A stretch of 64,000 nucleotides of DNA, taken from Candidatus Omnitrophota bacterium. GTDB lineage: Bacteria; Omnitrophota; Gorgyraeia; Zapsychrales; Zapsychraceae. Below the pieces are notes generated by a model, which saw only the letters and a list, made by a program, of their open reading frames with translations, made no database searches and was not told where the DNA came from. The position numbers and the translations under genes are program-made. Shown piece after piece: positions 18,492 to 29,581 of this stretch. Position 1 is the first letter of the stretch. Each line of letters begins with the position of its first letter. Where the stretch lies: contig JAJDCB010000026.1 in NCBI GenBank assembly GCA_029261065.1, forward strand, positions 82,715-146,714, in the 5' to 3' direction.

Positions 18492-18542
18492 GCGGGCAAT
18501 ATAATTTTTAAGTAATGGTATTTTATTCTAGGGAGGAACGTT

Positions 18543-19052
18543 ATGCATAAGAATTTTATTTTGGTATTAGTTTTATTTTTTATCGTGGGTTGTGGCTCTC
18601 AAGTTGCTGAAAAAAAATATGAAGGCGTTGAATCAGGAGAAGACTACATTGCTGAAGGAATGACGCAGCTGACGGGTACTAATCCAAATGTACAAGAAGC
18701 AATCAAAAAATTTGATATGGCTATAAAACAAGATCCAACAAATGTAAATAACTATATGGTGCTAGGTCAGGTTTACATGCGTTTACAAAATTATGATCGT
18801 GCCATTGATAGTCTATCTGCTGCCGTTCGCGTTGACCCAAGCAGTGGAGAAGCTTTTTATTTATTGTCTTTAAGTCAAAATCTTAAAGGTGACCGAGACG
18901 AAGCTGTAGGTTCTGCTAAAAAATCTGCTGAAATATTCATGCAAAAAAAAGATGCTGAAAAGCTTAAGCAGTCGTTAGCGTTGGTTAAAACTCTTACAGA
19001 AGAGATCGCTAAACCTGCCGATGTGAATTTAGAAACTTTTGATCTGCAATAG
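18543..19052 (+). CDS. TPR-repeat lipoprotein
   Basis: Signal peptide with a lipobox (FFIVGC), followed by TPR-like helical repeats. Confidence 0.6.
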   Translation: MHKNFILVLVLFFIVGCGSQVAEKKYEGVESGEDYIAEGMTQLTGTNPNVQEAIKKFDMAIKQDPTNVNNYMVLGQVYMRLQNYDRAIDSLSAAVRVDPSSGEAFYLLSLSQNLKGDRDEAVGSAKKSAEIFMQKKDAEKLKQSLALVKTLTEEIAKPADVNLETFDLQ

Positions 19053-19088
19053 CCTTAATATATTTAAGCAGCATTAAAAATTTATCTC

Positions 19089-20612
19089 ATGGAAAAAAGG
19101 AAGCGAATAAAGAATTTTTCTTTTGTTGTCCTCGCTTCCTTTTTATTCTATCTTTCCTTTCCAAATGTATTTACACCATACGGTTTTTCCTTCCTTGCGT
19201 GGTTATCCCTCATTCCTTTCTTACATGTTCTAGAGAAGTCTTCTCTTGTTAACAGATTTTTGTATTCCGTGTGTTTTGGATTAATAAGCTATGGTCTTTT
19301 AGTTCGGTGGGTTATTGATGTAAGTGGGGCCGGTTACATTTTATTTGTGAGTGTTTTGTGTGTACAATCCATTATATTTGGATGTTTATACCCTCGGCGC
19401 TGTGGACCCATTTTTTTGAAAGCATTATATCTCGGCTGTTTATGGGTTATGAGTGAATTCTTTCGAGAATTTCTAATGGGTGGTTTTACTTGGGGCTTCG
19501 GACTTTCTCAAAGTTTTCATCCCATGATCATACAATTTGCAGATATCACAGGGGTCAAGGGCTTGTCGTTTGCTTTGGTTTGTGTGAATGTTTGTTTATA
19601 TGGTGCTATCAAACAAAAGGAACAAAGACGTTCATCTTTCCTTGGAGTCTTTCTCATCTTTTTAGGAATTTTTTCTTATTCACATGGTGTTTTTAATATT
19701 TCCGATCTTCAAAGTGAGGGGAGAAAATATTTACGAGTTTGCAGCATCCAACCTAATTTCTCACCAGAAAATAAACACAATCCAAATTTTTTTGATAAAA
19801 ACTTAGACCAACAAATTAAACTTTCTTATGAATGTCTAGATCAAACACCCCTTGACCTTCTAATATGGCCGGAAACATCTTTAGTTGATGACATAATACA
19901 AGATGATATTACGTTTTACAAAATTGAAACAATGCTTCGATTAATAAAAACGCCTATGGTGTTAGGAACGGTCTTAGGAGAAGACGAACATTATTATAAC
20001 AGTGCGTTATTTGTTGATGAAAGAGGTGATGTTAAAAAGAGGTATGATAAACAAAAATTAATTCCTTTTGCAGAATACAATCCGACAGCTATTTTTAAAA
20101 ACATGTTATATAAGAAAGACTATGAATTCCAATCAGGATTAAAAGACGAAAGGACTCGTTTGGGTAATATTACATTTAACGTTGCCATATGCTCAGAAGA
20201 TTTTTATCCTCGGCTGTGGAGGCGGATGTCTCAACCTCCTTTGGATCTAATGATTGTTTTATTAAATGATGGATGGTTTCAATCTGATGAAGGAATGTTT
20301 ATGCATCTGCAAAGCTCTATATTGCAGGCGGTTACATTTAAGACCTCGGTCTTAAGAAGTTCGAATAATGGGGTAACAACATTTATTGATCCGTTTGGCG
20401 TTTTGTCAGCGTCATCAAAGAATGGGTTTGATGTTAATCAAGAGAAGGTCTTTTCTTATTTTGTTGAAACTAATAAATCAAATAGCTTTTATGCGCAATT
20501 TGGTGATATTTTTGCTATGTTTTGTTCTCTTTTTGTTATAATTATATTACTGATAGATTCCCGATGTCTCGGGAACGACAGGCATCTGCCATTCTTAACG
20601 TCACGAGAATGA
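19089..20612 (+). CDS. lnt: Apolipoprotein N-acyltransferase
   Basis: An N-terminal polytopic membrane domain and a C-terminal CN-hydrolase domain (ICSEDFYP), with a C-terminal TM. The 3' end runs into a family-A repeat array. Confidence 0.8.
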   Translation: MEKRKRIKNFSFVVLASFLFYLSFPNVFTPYGFSFLAWLSLIPFLHVLEKSSLVNRFLYSVCFGLISYGLLVRWVIDVSGAGYILFVSVLCVQSIIFGCLYPRRCGPIFLKALYLGCLWVMSEFFREFLMGGFTWGFGLSQSFHPMIIQFADITGVKGLSFALVCVNVCLYGAIKQKEQRRSSFLGVFLIFLGIFSYSHGVFNISDLQSEGRKYLRVCSIQPNFSPENKHNPNFFDKNLDQQIKLSYECLDQTPLDLLIWPETSLVDDIIQDDITFYKIETMLRLIKTPMVLGTVLGEDEHYYNSALFVDERGDVKKRYDKQKLIPFAEYNPTAIFKNMLYKKDYEFQSGLKDERTRLGNITFNVAICSEDFYPRLWRRMSQPPLDLMIVLLNDGWFQSDEGMFMHLQSSILQAVTFKTSVLRSSNNGVTTFIDPFGVLSASSKNGFDVNQEKVFSYFVETNKSNSFYAQFGDIFAMFCSLFVIIILLIDSRCLGNDRHLPFLTSRE

Positions 20613-20680
20613 CAGGGATCTCTTATTCTTAGCGTTTCGAGAACGACAAACATTTGTCATTCCCGAGACATCGGGAATCT
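20555..20680. repeat. Tandem array of four family-A palindromic units
   Basis: Units in order: gattcccgatgtctcgggaac; attcttaacgtcacgagaatgac; attcttagcgtttcgagaacgac; gtcattcccgagacatcgggaatc. Each has the form ATTCYY-N8-9-RRGAAT. Confidence 0.6.
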
Positions 20681-20717
20681 ATTTGAGAAGGTACAAACCA
20701 AAACAAATTTTTCAATT

Positions 20718-21587
20718 ATGAATCGATACATTTATTATCTCATGAGTTTCGTTGTGATCGCATCTCCATCTTCTGCCTTTGCCGGCGGGGCTGTTGCCCA
20801 AAGACAGCAGGCTATCGACAGGCAAAGACAAGTGGCGCAACAGCAAGTATTACAACAACAACAACAAATTTTTCAACAGCGTCAACAATCTATTCAACGA
20901 CAAGTAGCGGTCCAACAGCAACAAGCTTACCAGCAAGTGGCAAGACAGAGAATGGCTCAGCAACAACAAGCCTACGCCCAGGCGTTACAACAACGGGCTG
21001 TTGCTCAACAACAAGGTTACGCACAAGCCGTTCAGAAGAAAGCCTATCAACAAGCGTTAACACAACAAGCGGTTCAACAGCAGGCCTACCAATCAGCCGC
21101 TCAGCAAAAAGCGTTGGCTCAACGACAACAAGCTGCGTATGCTGCACAAAAACAAGCTCAATTAGCTTCAATGAGACAACAACAAAATTCTGCTGCTAAT
21201 AAGCGGGCACCGGCAAGATATTCTTCTCAAGAGGCCCCTGACGAAGTTGTTAGTTTGGAAAAAATATGGAAAGAGTTAGACTCTTCGAGTGAAGTCTGGG
21301 CGATGATGATGGATTTAGAACCGAAGGTTATGACTGTAGAAAGATACATGAATTATTTCAAACAGCAAGGTATTCACATTCGAAAATCCCCTCCGCACTA
21401 TGTTCATTTAATTGATTCGATGACAAAAGATAATCCCAACCTTCTTCGCAATCCTTTTGAAGATTTGGTTAAATTAGCGGCTATTATAGAATATGATTTT
21501 GATAATGGGTTGGATAAAGAGCGTATGGCACGACAAATTTTGGGCGAAGTGGCTTATGAAAATAATCGTAAAAGGTTAGGGTTTTGA
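20718..21587 (+). CDS. Secreted Gln/Ala-rich repeat protein with a C-terminal globular domain
   Basis: Signal peptide (ASPSSAFA). About 150 aa of periodic Q-rich repeats (QQQAYQQ / AQQQ) are followed by a roughly 110-aa domain not rich in Q. No family recognised. Confidence 0.6.
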   Translation: MNRYIYYLMSFVVIASPSSAFAGGAVAQRQQAIDRQRQVAQQQVLQQQQQIFQQRQQSIQRQVAVQQQQAYQQVARQRMAQQQQAYAQALQQRAVAQQQGYAQAVQKKAYQQALTQQAVQQQAYQSAAQQKALAQRQQAAYAAQKQAQLASMRQQQNSAANKRAPARYSSQEAPDEVVSLEKIWKELDSSSEVWAMMMDLEPKVMTVERYMNYFKQQGIHIRKSPPHYVHLIDSMTKDNPNLLRNPFEDLVKLAAIIEYDFDNGLDKERMARQILGEVAYENNRKRLGF

Positions 21588-23068
21588 AAACGCCATATAT
21601 CCTCGCCATAGATCAAGGCACGACAGGTTCTAGAGCTTTTATTTTTAATGCGCGTGGTCAAGTCGTTGCAAGTGCCTACAAAGAATTCCCTCAATACTTT
21701 CCTAAGCCCGGCTGGGTTGAACACGATGCTGATGAAATTTGGCGTTCATGCACCTCTGTCATCAAACAAGTAATCAAAAAAGCTAAAATCAATTCTTCAA
21801 AGATTGTATCCATTGGGATTACGAATCAACGAGAAACAACGTGTGTTTGGGATCGTAAAACATCAAAACCTGTGGCACGAGCAATTGTTTGGCAATGTCG
21901 ACGGACAACTGAAATTTGTAAAAAGATGGCGCGACATACTAATACATTTCGTAAGAAAACAGGATTGGTTCTCGATCCCTATTTTTCTGGAACAAAAATT
22001 AAATGGTTGCTTGATCAAAAGAAAGGTCTTAAACAGCGGGCAAAAAATGGGAAAGTGTGTTTTGGAACCATGGACAGTTGGCTTATATGGAAGTTAACGC
22101 AAGGAACATCGCATGTTACAGATTATACAAATGCATCAAGAACTTTAGTTTTTAATATTCGTAGTAAGAAATGGGATGATCAGTTATTAAAAATTTTAGG
22201 TATTCCAAAATCAATTTTGCCAACAGCACAAAAATCTGGTTCTTTGTTCGGACATACAAAAGGAAGAGTTGCTGGTTTACCCGACGGAATTCCTATAACC
22301 GCTGTCCTAGGCGATCAACAAGCCGCTCTTTATGGGCAAGGGTGCTTTTCACCAGGAACTATGAAAAATACGTATGGGACAGGATGTTTTCTTGTTTTAA
22401 ATACGGGTAAAAAATGTGTGCTTTCAAAGAAGGGATTGTTAACAACAATTGCTGCCGATGATAAAGGAAATCCTATTTACGCGTTAGAAGGATCTATATT
22501 TATTGCAGGCGCAGTTGTGCAGTGGTTACGAGATCAATTAGGTGTGATTAAAAATTCTACTCAAATAGAAAATGCGATACAAGGTGTTAAAGATACTCAA
22601 GGGGTTTATTTTGTTCCCGCTTTTGCCGGTTTAGGCGCTCCTTACTGGGATAGTGAGGCTAGAGGAATTATTACAGGCTTAACGCGCGGGGCAAACGATA
22701 AGCACATCATGCGAGCAGCTCTTGAATCCATTGCGTATCAAACAAAGGATGTTTTTGAATTGATGAAAAAAGAGGTGGGAGGAAATATACGCGAGTTAAA
22801 GGTTGATGGTGGCGCGTGTCAGAATAATTTTTTAATGCAGTTTCAGGCGGATATGTTAGGTGCTAAAGTCATTCGACCAAAGATGATTGATACAACTGTT
22901 CAAGGAGTTGCTTTTTTAGCAGGGGTGACCCAAGGAGTATGGAGGGGAAAAAAGGATTTAGAAAAATTGTTTAAAAAAGATCGATCGTTTACGCCAAAGA
23001 AGAATAAGGGTTTTCGTGAAGAAAAATATAAGGGTTGGTTACAGGCGGTAGAAAGGGTGAGAAGTTAG
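21584..23068 (+). CDS. glpK: Glycerol kinase
   Basis: FGGY kinase motifs (AIDQGTTGSRA, GTGCF). The TTG start overlaps the upstream stop by 4 nt. Confidence 0.9.
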   Translation: MKTPYILAIDQGTTGSRAFIFNARGQVVASAYKEFPQYFPKPGWVEHDADEIWRSCTSVIKQVIKKAKINSSKIVSIGITNQRETTCVWDRKTSKPVARAIVWQCRRTTEICKKMARHTNTFRKKTGLVLDPYFSGTKIKWLLDQKKGLKQRAKNGKVCFGTMDSWLIWKLTQGTSHVTDYTNASRTLVFNIRSKKWDDQLLKILGIPKSILPTAQKSGSLFGHTKGRVAGLPDGIPITAVLGDQQAALYGQGCFSPGTMKNTYGTGCFLVLNTGKKCVLSKKGLLTTIAADDKGNPIYALEGSIFIAGAVVQWLRDQLGVIKNSTQIENAIQGVKDTQGVYFVPAFAGLGAPYWDSEARGIITGLTRGANDKHIMRAALESIAYQTKDVFELMKKEVGGNIRELKVDGGACQNNFLMQFQADMLGAKVIRPKMIDTTVQGVAFLAGVTQGVWRGKKDLEKLFKKDRSFTPKKNKGFREEKYKGWLQAVERVRS

Positions 23069-23074
23069 CTATTT

Positions 23075-24580
23075 ATGCGGGATATATCGAAATTACAAAA
23101 AGGACGTTTTGATGTTCTTATAATTGGTGGTGGAATCAACGGGGCTGCTATTGCAAATATGGCAGCCGAGGCCGGTCTTCGGACGGCCCTAATCGAAAAA
23201 AATGATTTTGCCAGTGGCACTTCGAGTAAGTCCACAAAGTTGGTGCACGGTGGATTGCGTTATTTAGAAAATTTTGAATTTGATTTGGTTCGCGAGTCAC
23301 TAAGAGAACGTTTTATTCAACTGATCAATGTTCCTCACCTTGTAAAACCTTTAGAATTTATCATTCCTGTTTATAAGACAAGCCCTCGCCCTTTTTGGAT
23401 GATCAAGTTGGGAGTTAAATTGTATGATTTTTTAAGCGGTAAGTATTTAATCCACCCCCATCGTGTCCTTACAATCCAAGAAGTTGTAAAAGAGCTACCC
23501 GATATAAATCAAGAAGGCCTATTGGGCGGCGTTTCTTATTACGATGCTCAAATGGATGATGCGAGGTTATGTTTGGAAAATGTTTTATCAGCTCGAGAAA
23601 AAGGGGCGAATGTTTATAATTATCTGGAAGTCTTGCGTGTGAGCAAAGTAAATGGCAAAGCGCAAGGGATTGAGGTAAAAGACAAACTTACAAATACACG
23701 ATTTGATATTAAGGCCGATCGTATTATCAGTTGTGTGGGACCCTGGACCAATCAGATGTTAAAAATTGAAAATCCACATGCTATGGCAAAAATTCGAACG
23801 ACAAAGGGTGTTCACATTGTTTATCAAGGCGAGCTTTCATCAAAGGCGATGTTAGTTCAGGCAAAAAAAGATAAACGCATTTTTTTTATTATTCCTTGGA
23901 AAGGAAATTCGCTAATAGGAACAACCGATACTGATTTTTCAGGCAATCCAAATGATGTGAAGGTAGAAGATGAGGATATTGAATATCTTTTTAAAGAAGC
24001 ATTGCGTATTTTTCCAAACAAAGATTTTCAACGCAAAAACATTATTTCATCTTTTGCTGGTTTAAGACCTTTGGTTCGTAAAGAAGGCTCTCCTTCCAAG
24101 GTGTCTCGTAATCATGTTCTTGAAGAGTCCTATTCGGGAATTATTTATGTGATGGGTGGTAAGTACACAACCTATCGAAAGATTGCCGAAGATGTTATGG
24201 TTTTAATGGGCAGGGAAAAGAATCGGGAAAGTTCTTTAAGTTATCCGTTAGTAGGCAGCGGTGTTGTTACGGATAAACCTGCAAGCATTGCAAAAGAATA
24301 TAAAGTGGATGAAGCCTTGGTCTGTTATCTAATTAATATTTATGGTCGTTGTTTTGAGGACGTTTTAAAATTGACGAAAGAAGACGAATCTTTAAAAGAT
24401 GTTATCTGCTCTTGTTCACCAGCCATTAAGGCACAAATAAAGTATGCCCAATCAGTTGAATTAGCCTGCAAAGAGGATGATGTTTATTGGCGACGACTAG
24501 ATATGGGATATTTGCCGTGTCAATCTGGAAAGTGTCAGAACTTGATAAAGGAGATTTTAGAGGTCGAAAATGGGGTCTAA
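23075..24580 (+). CDS. glpD: FAD-dependent glycerol-3-phosphate dehydrogenase
   Basis: N-terminal FAD-binding GxGxxG (DVLIIGGGINGAAIA). About 500 aa. Immediately downstream of glpK. Confidence 0.85.
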   Translation: MRDISKLQKGRFDVLIIGGGINGAAIANMAAEAGLRTALIEKNDFASGTSSKSTKLVHGGLRYLENFEFDLVRESLRERFIQLINVPHLVKPLEFIIPVYKTSPRPFWMIKLGVKLYDFLSGKYLIHPHRVLTIQEVVKELPDINQEGLLGGVSYYDAQMDDARLCLENVLSAREKGANVYNYLEVLRVSKVNGKAQGIEVKDKLTNTRFDIKADRIISCVGPWTNQMLKIENPHAMAKIRTTKGVHIVYQGELSSKAMLVQAKKDKRIFFIIPWKGNSLIGTTDTDFSGNPNDVKVEDEDIEYLFKEALRIFPNKDFQRKNIISSFAGLRPLVRKEGSPSKVSRNHVLEESYSGIIYVMGGKYTTYRKIAEDVMVLMGREKNRESSLSYPLVGSGVVTDKPASIAKEYKVDEALVCYLINIYGRCFEDVLKLTKEDESLKDVICSCSPAIKAQIKYAQSVELACKEDDVYWRRLDMGYLPCQSGKCQNLIKEILEVENGV

Positions 24581-24593
24581 TCCCTACTTTTTC

Positions 24594-24621
24594 TTGACAA
24601 AGACAAACAAAATGCTATAGT
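24594..24621 (+). promoter_or_regulatory. Candidate sigma-70 promoter for carA
   Basis: TTGACA, a 16-nt spacer, then TATAGT. Confidence 0.4.
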
Positions 24622-24686
24622 TATCCAGGCTGCAGGAGCTTTTTGCAGTCCTACCGTAATCACACCTTTATATATATATTAAACAC

Positions 24687-25787
24687 ATGCGTAAAGCCAT
24701 TTTATATTTGGAAGACGGGACTTATTTTGTTGGCACATCCCTCTCTACCCAAGGGACAAGTGCGGGCGAAGTTGTCTTTAATACAGCCATGTCTGGTTAT
24801 CAGGAAATCCTGACAGATCCTTCGTATGCTGGTCAGATAGTAACTATGACCTATCCGTTGATCGGTAATTATGGTGTTAATGAAGAGGATGTTGAATCAA
24901 ACAATGTTCACGTAAAAGGATTTGTCGTTAAAGAGTTCTGTCGTCATCATTCCAATTTTCGCGCCACCCAAAGTCTTATTGATTATTTAGATGAACACAA
25001 TATTATCGCCATTGAAGGCATCGATACGCGCGCCTTAACACGACAACTTCGTGTTAAAGGAGCTATGCGGGGATTGATTTCGACGGAGGAGTTTGATTTG
25101 GATAAATTGGCGGCCAAGATGAAGGACGTTCCTTCTATGGAAGGGGCTGATTGGGTTAAAGAGGTGACGACATCCAAGAAGTATATTTGGTCCAATGACG
25201 ATGATGATTCCAAAAAGAAATACAAGGTTGCTGCTATAGATTGTGGGATTAAGTTTAATATTTTAAGAATTTTGACAAAGCTAGGTTGCGAGGTTCATGT
25301 CTTTCCTGCTCAAGCCAGTATTGATGAAATAATGTCTATTAAACCCGATGGCGTTTTTGTTTCAAATGGTCCAGGCGATCCTTCGGCTGTGACATACGCG
25401 GTGGATACTGTTCGCCAATGTTTCGGAAAGTTGCCTGTGTTTGGAATTTGTTTAGGTCATCAAATTGTTGGTCAGGCGCTTAATGGGAAAACATTTAAAT
25501 TAAAATTTGGACATCATGGAGCTAATCATCCTGTACAAGATTTATTAGATAAACGTATTGGGATCACGTCACAGAATCACGGGTTTTGTGTGGACATTGA
25601 AAGTTTAAATAAGGACGAGGTTGAAATGATCGATATTAATTTAAATGACCAAACGCTTGAAGGCCTTCGTCATAAAAAGATGCCTATTCTTTCGTTTCAA
25701 CATCATCCTGAGGCGGCACCTGGTCCTCACGATGCTATGTATTTGTTTGATTATTTTATTGAGATGATGGAGTCTGGTAGGTCGTAG
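24687..25787 (+). CDS. carA: Carbamoyl-phosphate synthase small (glutaminase) subunit
   Basis: CarA N-domain plus a GATase1 domain with GICLGHQ and the catalytic His. Confidence 0.92.
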   Translation: MRKAILYLEDGTYFVGTSLSTQGTSAGEVVFNTAMSGYQEILTDPSYAGQIVTMTYPLIGNYGVNEEDVESNNVHVKGFVVKEFCRHHSNFRATQSLIDYLDEHNIIAIEGIDTRALTRQLRVKGAMRGLISTEEFDLDKLAAKMKDVPSMEGADWVKEVTTSKKYIWSNDDDDSKKKYKVAAIDCGIKFNILRILTKLGCEVHVFPAQASIDEIMSIKPDGVFVSNGPGDPSAVTYAVDTVRQCFGKLPVFGICLGHQIVGQALNGKTFKLKFGHHGANHPVQDLLDKRIGITSQNHGFCVDIESLNKDEVEMIDINLNDQTLEGLRHKKMPILSFQHHPEAAPGPHDAMYLFDYFIEMMESGRS

Positions 25788-26292
25788 GTTGTATGTAGTA
25801 GGTAGAAAAAACAAAAATAGAAAACATAAAACAGATTCCCCTGCTGTTTAAATTGATGAAAGGGGTAATCTTATGAGTTATAGAGGCTACAGAGATTTAA
25901 ATGTGTATCAGTTATCTTATCAAGTTGCTATGAAAGTGTTTGAGGTTACGAAGGATTTTCCAAAAGAAGAGAAATGTTCACTTGTTGATCAAATAAGAAG
26001 ATCTTCTAGAAGTATTCCAGCAAACCTTGCCGAGGCTTGGAGGAAAAGAGCTTATAAAAAGATGTTTATTAGCAAGGTTTTTGATTGTTGTGCGGAAGCT
26101 GGAGAAACGGAAGTTTGGTTGGATTTTGCCAAAGACTGTGGATATCTTTCAAAGGAAAACCACACTCAGCTTTTTACAGATTATCAAACAATAAACAAAA
26201 TGTTAAACGGGATTATCAATAACGCAAACAAGTTTTGTTTAAATACATGATTTTGTTTTCTACTTACTACATACAACTTACTACATACTAAT
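25780..26292. mobile_element. Cassette bounded by an imperfect 27-bp inverted repeat, carrying a four-helix-bundle (23S-IVS-type) gene, inserted between carA and carB
   Basis: Left arm gtaggttgtatgtagtaggtagaaaaaac (25780-25808). Right arm gttttctacttactacatacaacttactacatac (26256-26290). Reverse complements agree at about 25 of 27 positions. Confidence 0.5.
25873..26250 (+). CDS. Four-helix-bundle protein (TIGR02436 / 23S rRNA intervening-sequence protein family)
   Basis: 125 aa. [59 protein letters not shown] is typical of IVS-encoded 4HB proteins. Confidence 0.8.
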   Translation: MSYRGYRDLNVYQLSYQVAMKVFEVTKDFPKEEKCSLVDQIRRSSRSIPANLAEAWRKRAYKKMFISKVFDCCAEAGETEVWLDFAKDCGYLSKENHTQLFTDYQTINKMLNGIINNANKFCLNT

Positions 26293-26293
26293 T

Positions 26294-29200
26294 ATGCCAA
26301 AACGTACAGATATTAAAAAGATACTCCTTCTGGGATCCGGACCAATCGTCATCGGTCAGGCGTGTGAATTCGATTACTCAGGGACGCAAGCATGCAAGGC
26401 CCTTAGAGAAGAAGGCTATGAAATTGTTTTAGCCAATTCCAATCCAGCGACGATCATGACAGATCCAGAATTTGCCGACCATACCTATATCGAACCACTT
26501 ACCCCAGAATATATTGCTGCTATCATTGAAAAAGAACGACCCTGTGCGGTTTTACCGACGTTGGGCGGTCAGACGGCTTTAAATTTAGCAATGAATTTAT
26601 ATGAAGATGGGACGTTGAAAAAATATAATGTTGAGATGTTGGGAGCCAATTATGATGTGATTAAAAAGGCTGAAGATCGTCATTGTTTCCGAGAGGCTAT
26701 GTTAAAAATTGGTATGGATATTCCAAGAAGTGCTGTTGCCTATAATATGGAAGAAGCTAAAAAGGCTGCCAAAGAGATTGGTTTTCCCCTTATCATTCGA
26801 CCAAGTTTTACACTCGGGGGAACGGGTGGCGGTTTTGCCAATGATATGGAAGAATTGGAACGCATTGCGGCCTTAGGAATCGAAAGTAGTCTTAACAATG
26901 AAATTCTTATCGAAGAATCCATTTTTGGTTGGAAAGAATACGAGCTTGAGGTTATGCGAGATCATAAAGATAATGTTGTTATTGTTTGTTCGATAGAAAA
27001 CCTAGATCCTATGGGTGTTCATACAGGAGATAGTATTACCGTGGCACCTTCACAAACGTTAACGGATCGAGAATATCAAGTCATGCGTAACGCTTCTCTT
27101 GAAATTATTCGAGAGATTGGCGTTGAGACAGGAGGATCTAATATTCAGTTTGCGATTAATCCAGAGAATGGTCGGATGATTGTTATTGAAATGAATCCAC
27201 GTGTCTCACGAAGCTCAGCTCTCGCTAGTAAAGCTACAGGTTTTCCTATTGCTAAGTTTGCAGCCATGTTGGCTGTTGGGTACACCTTGGATGAAATTCA
27301 AAATGATATTACTAAAGAAACACCGGCGTGCTTTGAGCCAGCCATTGATTATATCGTCGTTAAAGCTCCTCGGTTTACTTTTGAAAAGTTTCCAGAGGCC
27401 AAAGATATTTTAGGTGTTCAGATGAAATCTGTGGGAGAGACGATGGCGATTGGGCGAACGTTTAAAGAAGCATTGCAAAAAGCGTTGCGTGGTTTAGAAA
27501 TAGGGCATGTTGGTTTTGATAACAAATGGAATTTTAGAGATCTCACCGATGAAAAGGTTAGATGGCGTTTGGAGGAGCCTAATGCCTCACGGATTTTTTA
27601 TGTGAAGTATGCCCTTCAAAAGGGATGGTCTATCGAGAAGATTGCAGAGATTAGCCGGATTGATATTTGGTTTATTTTTCAAATGAAGCAAATTTTCGAT
27701 TTAGAAAATGAAATTGTAGATACTTTTCGAAAAGAAAAGAATGTTCCTGATAATCTTCTGCGCAAAGCAAAGGAATACGGTTTTAGCGATGTTCAATTAG
27801 CTCAAATCATGGAAACGGATGAGCTGCAAGTTCGGAATCTAAGAAAGAGTAAGAATATCATTGCGACGTTTAAGCTAGTAGATACATGTGCTGCGGAATT
27901 TGAGGCGTATACACCTTACTTTTATTCAACCTATGAAGCAGAAGATGAGGCAAGAATTCAGATTGAGAAGTTAACATCACAATACAAACAGCCTAAAAAG
28001 AAAATTATGATTTTAGGTGGTGGGCCCAATCGTATTGGTCAGGGGATTGAGTTTGATTATTGTTGTGTACATGCTTCGTTTGCTTTAAAGGATATGGGTT
28101 TTGAAGCGATCATGGTTAACTCGAATCCGGAAACCGTATCGACGGATTATGATATTTCAGACAGATTGTACTTTGAACCATTGACATTTGAAGATGTTAT
28201 GAATATTATTGATGTAGAACAACCTGATGGAGTCATTGTTCAGTTTGGAGGACAAACGCCACTTAATTTAGCAAGTCGACTACATGAAGCTGGAGTTCCT
28301 ATCATTGGTACAAGCGTTCTATCCATCGAGTTAGCAGAAAATCGCCAAAAATTTTCAGAATTGATTAATAAGCTGGAATTAGTTCAACCAGCTAACGGAT
28401 CAGCTGTTTCTATTGATGAGGTTGCTGGTATTGCTAATCAAGTAGGTTATCCTGTTTTAGTGCGTCCTTCCTATGTGCTTGGTGGCCGTGCGATGAAAAT
28501 TGTGTATGACGAGAAGAAGTTGCTTTCTTTTATGGATGAGGTGAAAGAGGCCTCTCAGGGACATCCCATTTTAATTGATAAATTTATAGAAGATGCTATT
28601 GAGGTTGATGTTGATGCGATAAGTGATGGCGAGGAAACATTTGTTGCAGGTATCATGGAACACATTGAAAACGCTGGCATTCATTCGGGAGATTCGGCAT
28701 GTACCATTCCCCCGCCAACGATAAGTGAAGATTTGATTGCAAAGATTAAAAAAGATACCTGTCGCATCGCTAAGGAATTAAAGGTTATTGGTTTGATAAA
28801 TATTCAATTTGCCGTTAAGGGTAGACGTATTTTTGTGTTGGAAGTTAATCCTAGAGCCTCACGCACATCTCCTTTTGTAAGTAAGGCAACAGGTATTCCA
28901 CTAGCTAAGATAGCGGCGCAAATTATGGCGGGAAAGAAATTAAGTGAATTTAGTTTGAGTTACGAGAAGATTCAAAATTTAAAACATGTCTCCGTCAAAG
29001 AATCCGTCCTACCTTTTTCACGTTTTTCAGGTGTTGATATTGTGTTAGGCCCTGAGATGAAATCTACCGGTGAGGTCATGGGAATTGGCAAGACGTACGG
29101 CGAGGCTTATGCTAAATCACAAATTTGTGCGAATTCGGCGTTACCTCAAAAGGGACAAGTTTTTGTTAGTGTTAAAGATGAAGATAAACGTGCTGTTGTT

Positions 29201-29581
29201 TTGATAGCAAAGAAGTTGATGGATTTAGGATTTAAGGTGGTTTCAACAAGAGGCACGGCAAAAGTTTTACGTTCAAGCGACGTTGATGTTACAGAAGTTG
29301 CTCGGTATGATCAAGGACAACAAATCAAAGAAAACTTAATGACACTATTAAAAAATAGCGAAATCGATCTTATTATTAATACACCTTCAGGGGAAAGTAG
29401 CCAGTATGATATGCGTTCCATTCGAGCGGCAGCCATTTTACACGCCATTCCTTGTATAACAACACTTCAGGGAGCTTGGGCTGCTGTGAATGGCATGGAG
29501 GCTATTCGTCAAGAAAAAATTACCGTTCAATCGCTACAAGAGTATTACAAACAAGGGGAAGGTTCGTCATGTGCGGTATAA
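26294..29581 (+). CDS. carB: Carbamoyl-phosphate synthase large subunit
   Basis: 1095 aa. Duplicated ATP-grasp domains plus an MGS-like C-terminal domain. Confidence 0.95.
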   Translation: MPKRTDIKKILLLGSGPIVIGQACEFDYSGTQACKALREEGYEIVLANSNPATIMTDPEFADHTYIEPLTPEYIAAIIEKERPCAVLPTLGGQTALNLAMNLYEDGTLKKYNVEMLGANYDVIKKAEDRHCFREAMLKIGMDIPRSAVAYNMEEAKKAAKEIGFPLIIRPSFTLGGTGGGFANDMEELERIAALGIESSLNNEILIEESIFGWKEYELEVMRDHKDNVVIVCSIENLDPMGVHTGDSITVAPSQTLTDREYQVMRNASLEIIREIGVETGGSNIQFAINPENGRMIVIEMNPRVSRSSALASKATGFPIAKFAAMLAVGYTLDEIQNDITKETPACFEPAIDYIVVKAPRFTFEKFPEAKDILGVQMKSVGETMAIGRTFKEALQKALRGLEIGHVGFDNKWNFRDLTDEKVRWRLEEPNASRIFYVKYALQKGWSIEKIAEISRIDIWFIFQMKQIFDLENEIVDTFRKEKNVPDNLLRKAKEYGFSDVQLAQIMETDELQVRNLRKSKNIIATFKLVDTCAAEFEAYTPYFYSTYEAEDEARIQIEKLTSQYKQPKKKIMILGGGPNRIGQGIEFDYCCVHASFALKDMGFEAIMVNSNPETVSTDYDISDRLYFEPLTFEDVMNIIDVEQPDGVIVQFGGQTPLNLASRLHEAGVPIIGTSVLSIELAENRQKFSELINKLELVQPANGSAVSIDEVAGIANQVGYPVLVRPSYVLGGRAMKIVYDEKKLLSFMDEVKEASQGHPILIDKFIEDAIEVDVDAISDGEETFVAGIMEHIENAGIHSGDSACTIPPPTISEDLIAKIKKDTCRIAKELKVIGLINIQFAVKGRRIFVLEVNPRASRTSPFVSKATGIPLAKIAAQIMAGKKLSEFSLSYEKIQNLKHVSVKESVLPFSRFSGVDIVLGPEMKSTGEVMGIGKTYGEAYAKSQICANSALPQKGQVFVSVKDEDKRAVVLIAKKLMDLGFKVVSTRGTAKVLRSSDVDVTEVARYDQGQQIKENLMTLLKNSEIDLIINTPSGESSQYDMRSIRAAAILHAIPCITTLQGAWAAVNGMEAIRQEKITVQSLQEYYKQGEGSSCAV

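Noticed and set aside
6777-20680. Checked the family-A palindromic repeats as a possible CRISPR array.
   Set aside because: The units are palindromic and variable in sequence. Spacing is irregular (8-30 nt) and no cas genes are present. They fit REP/BIME-like elements, not CRISPR.
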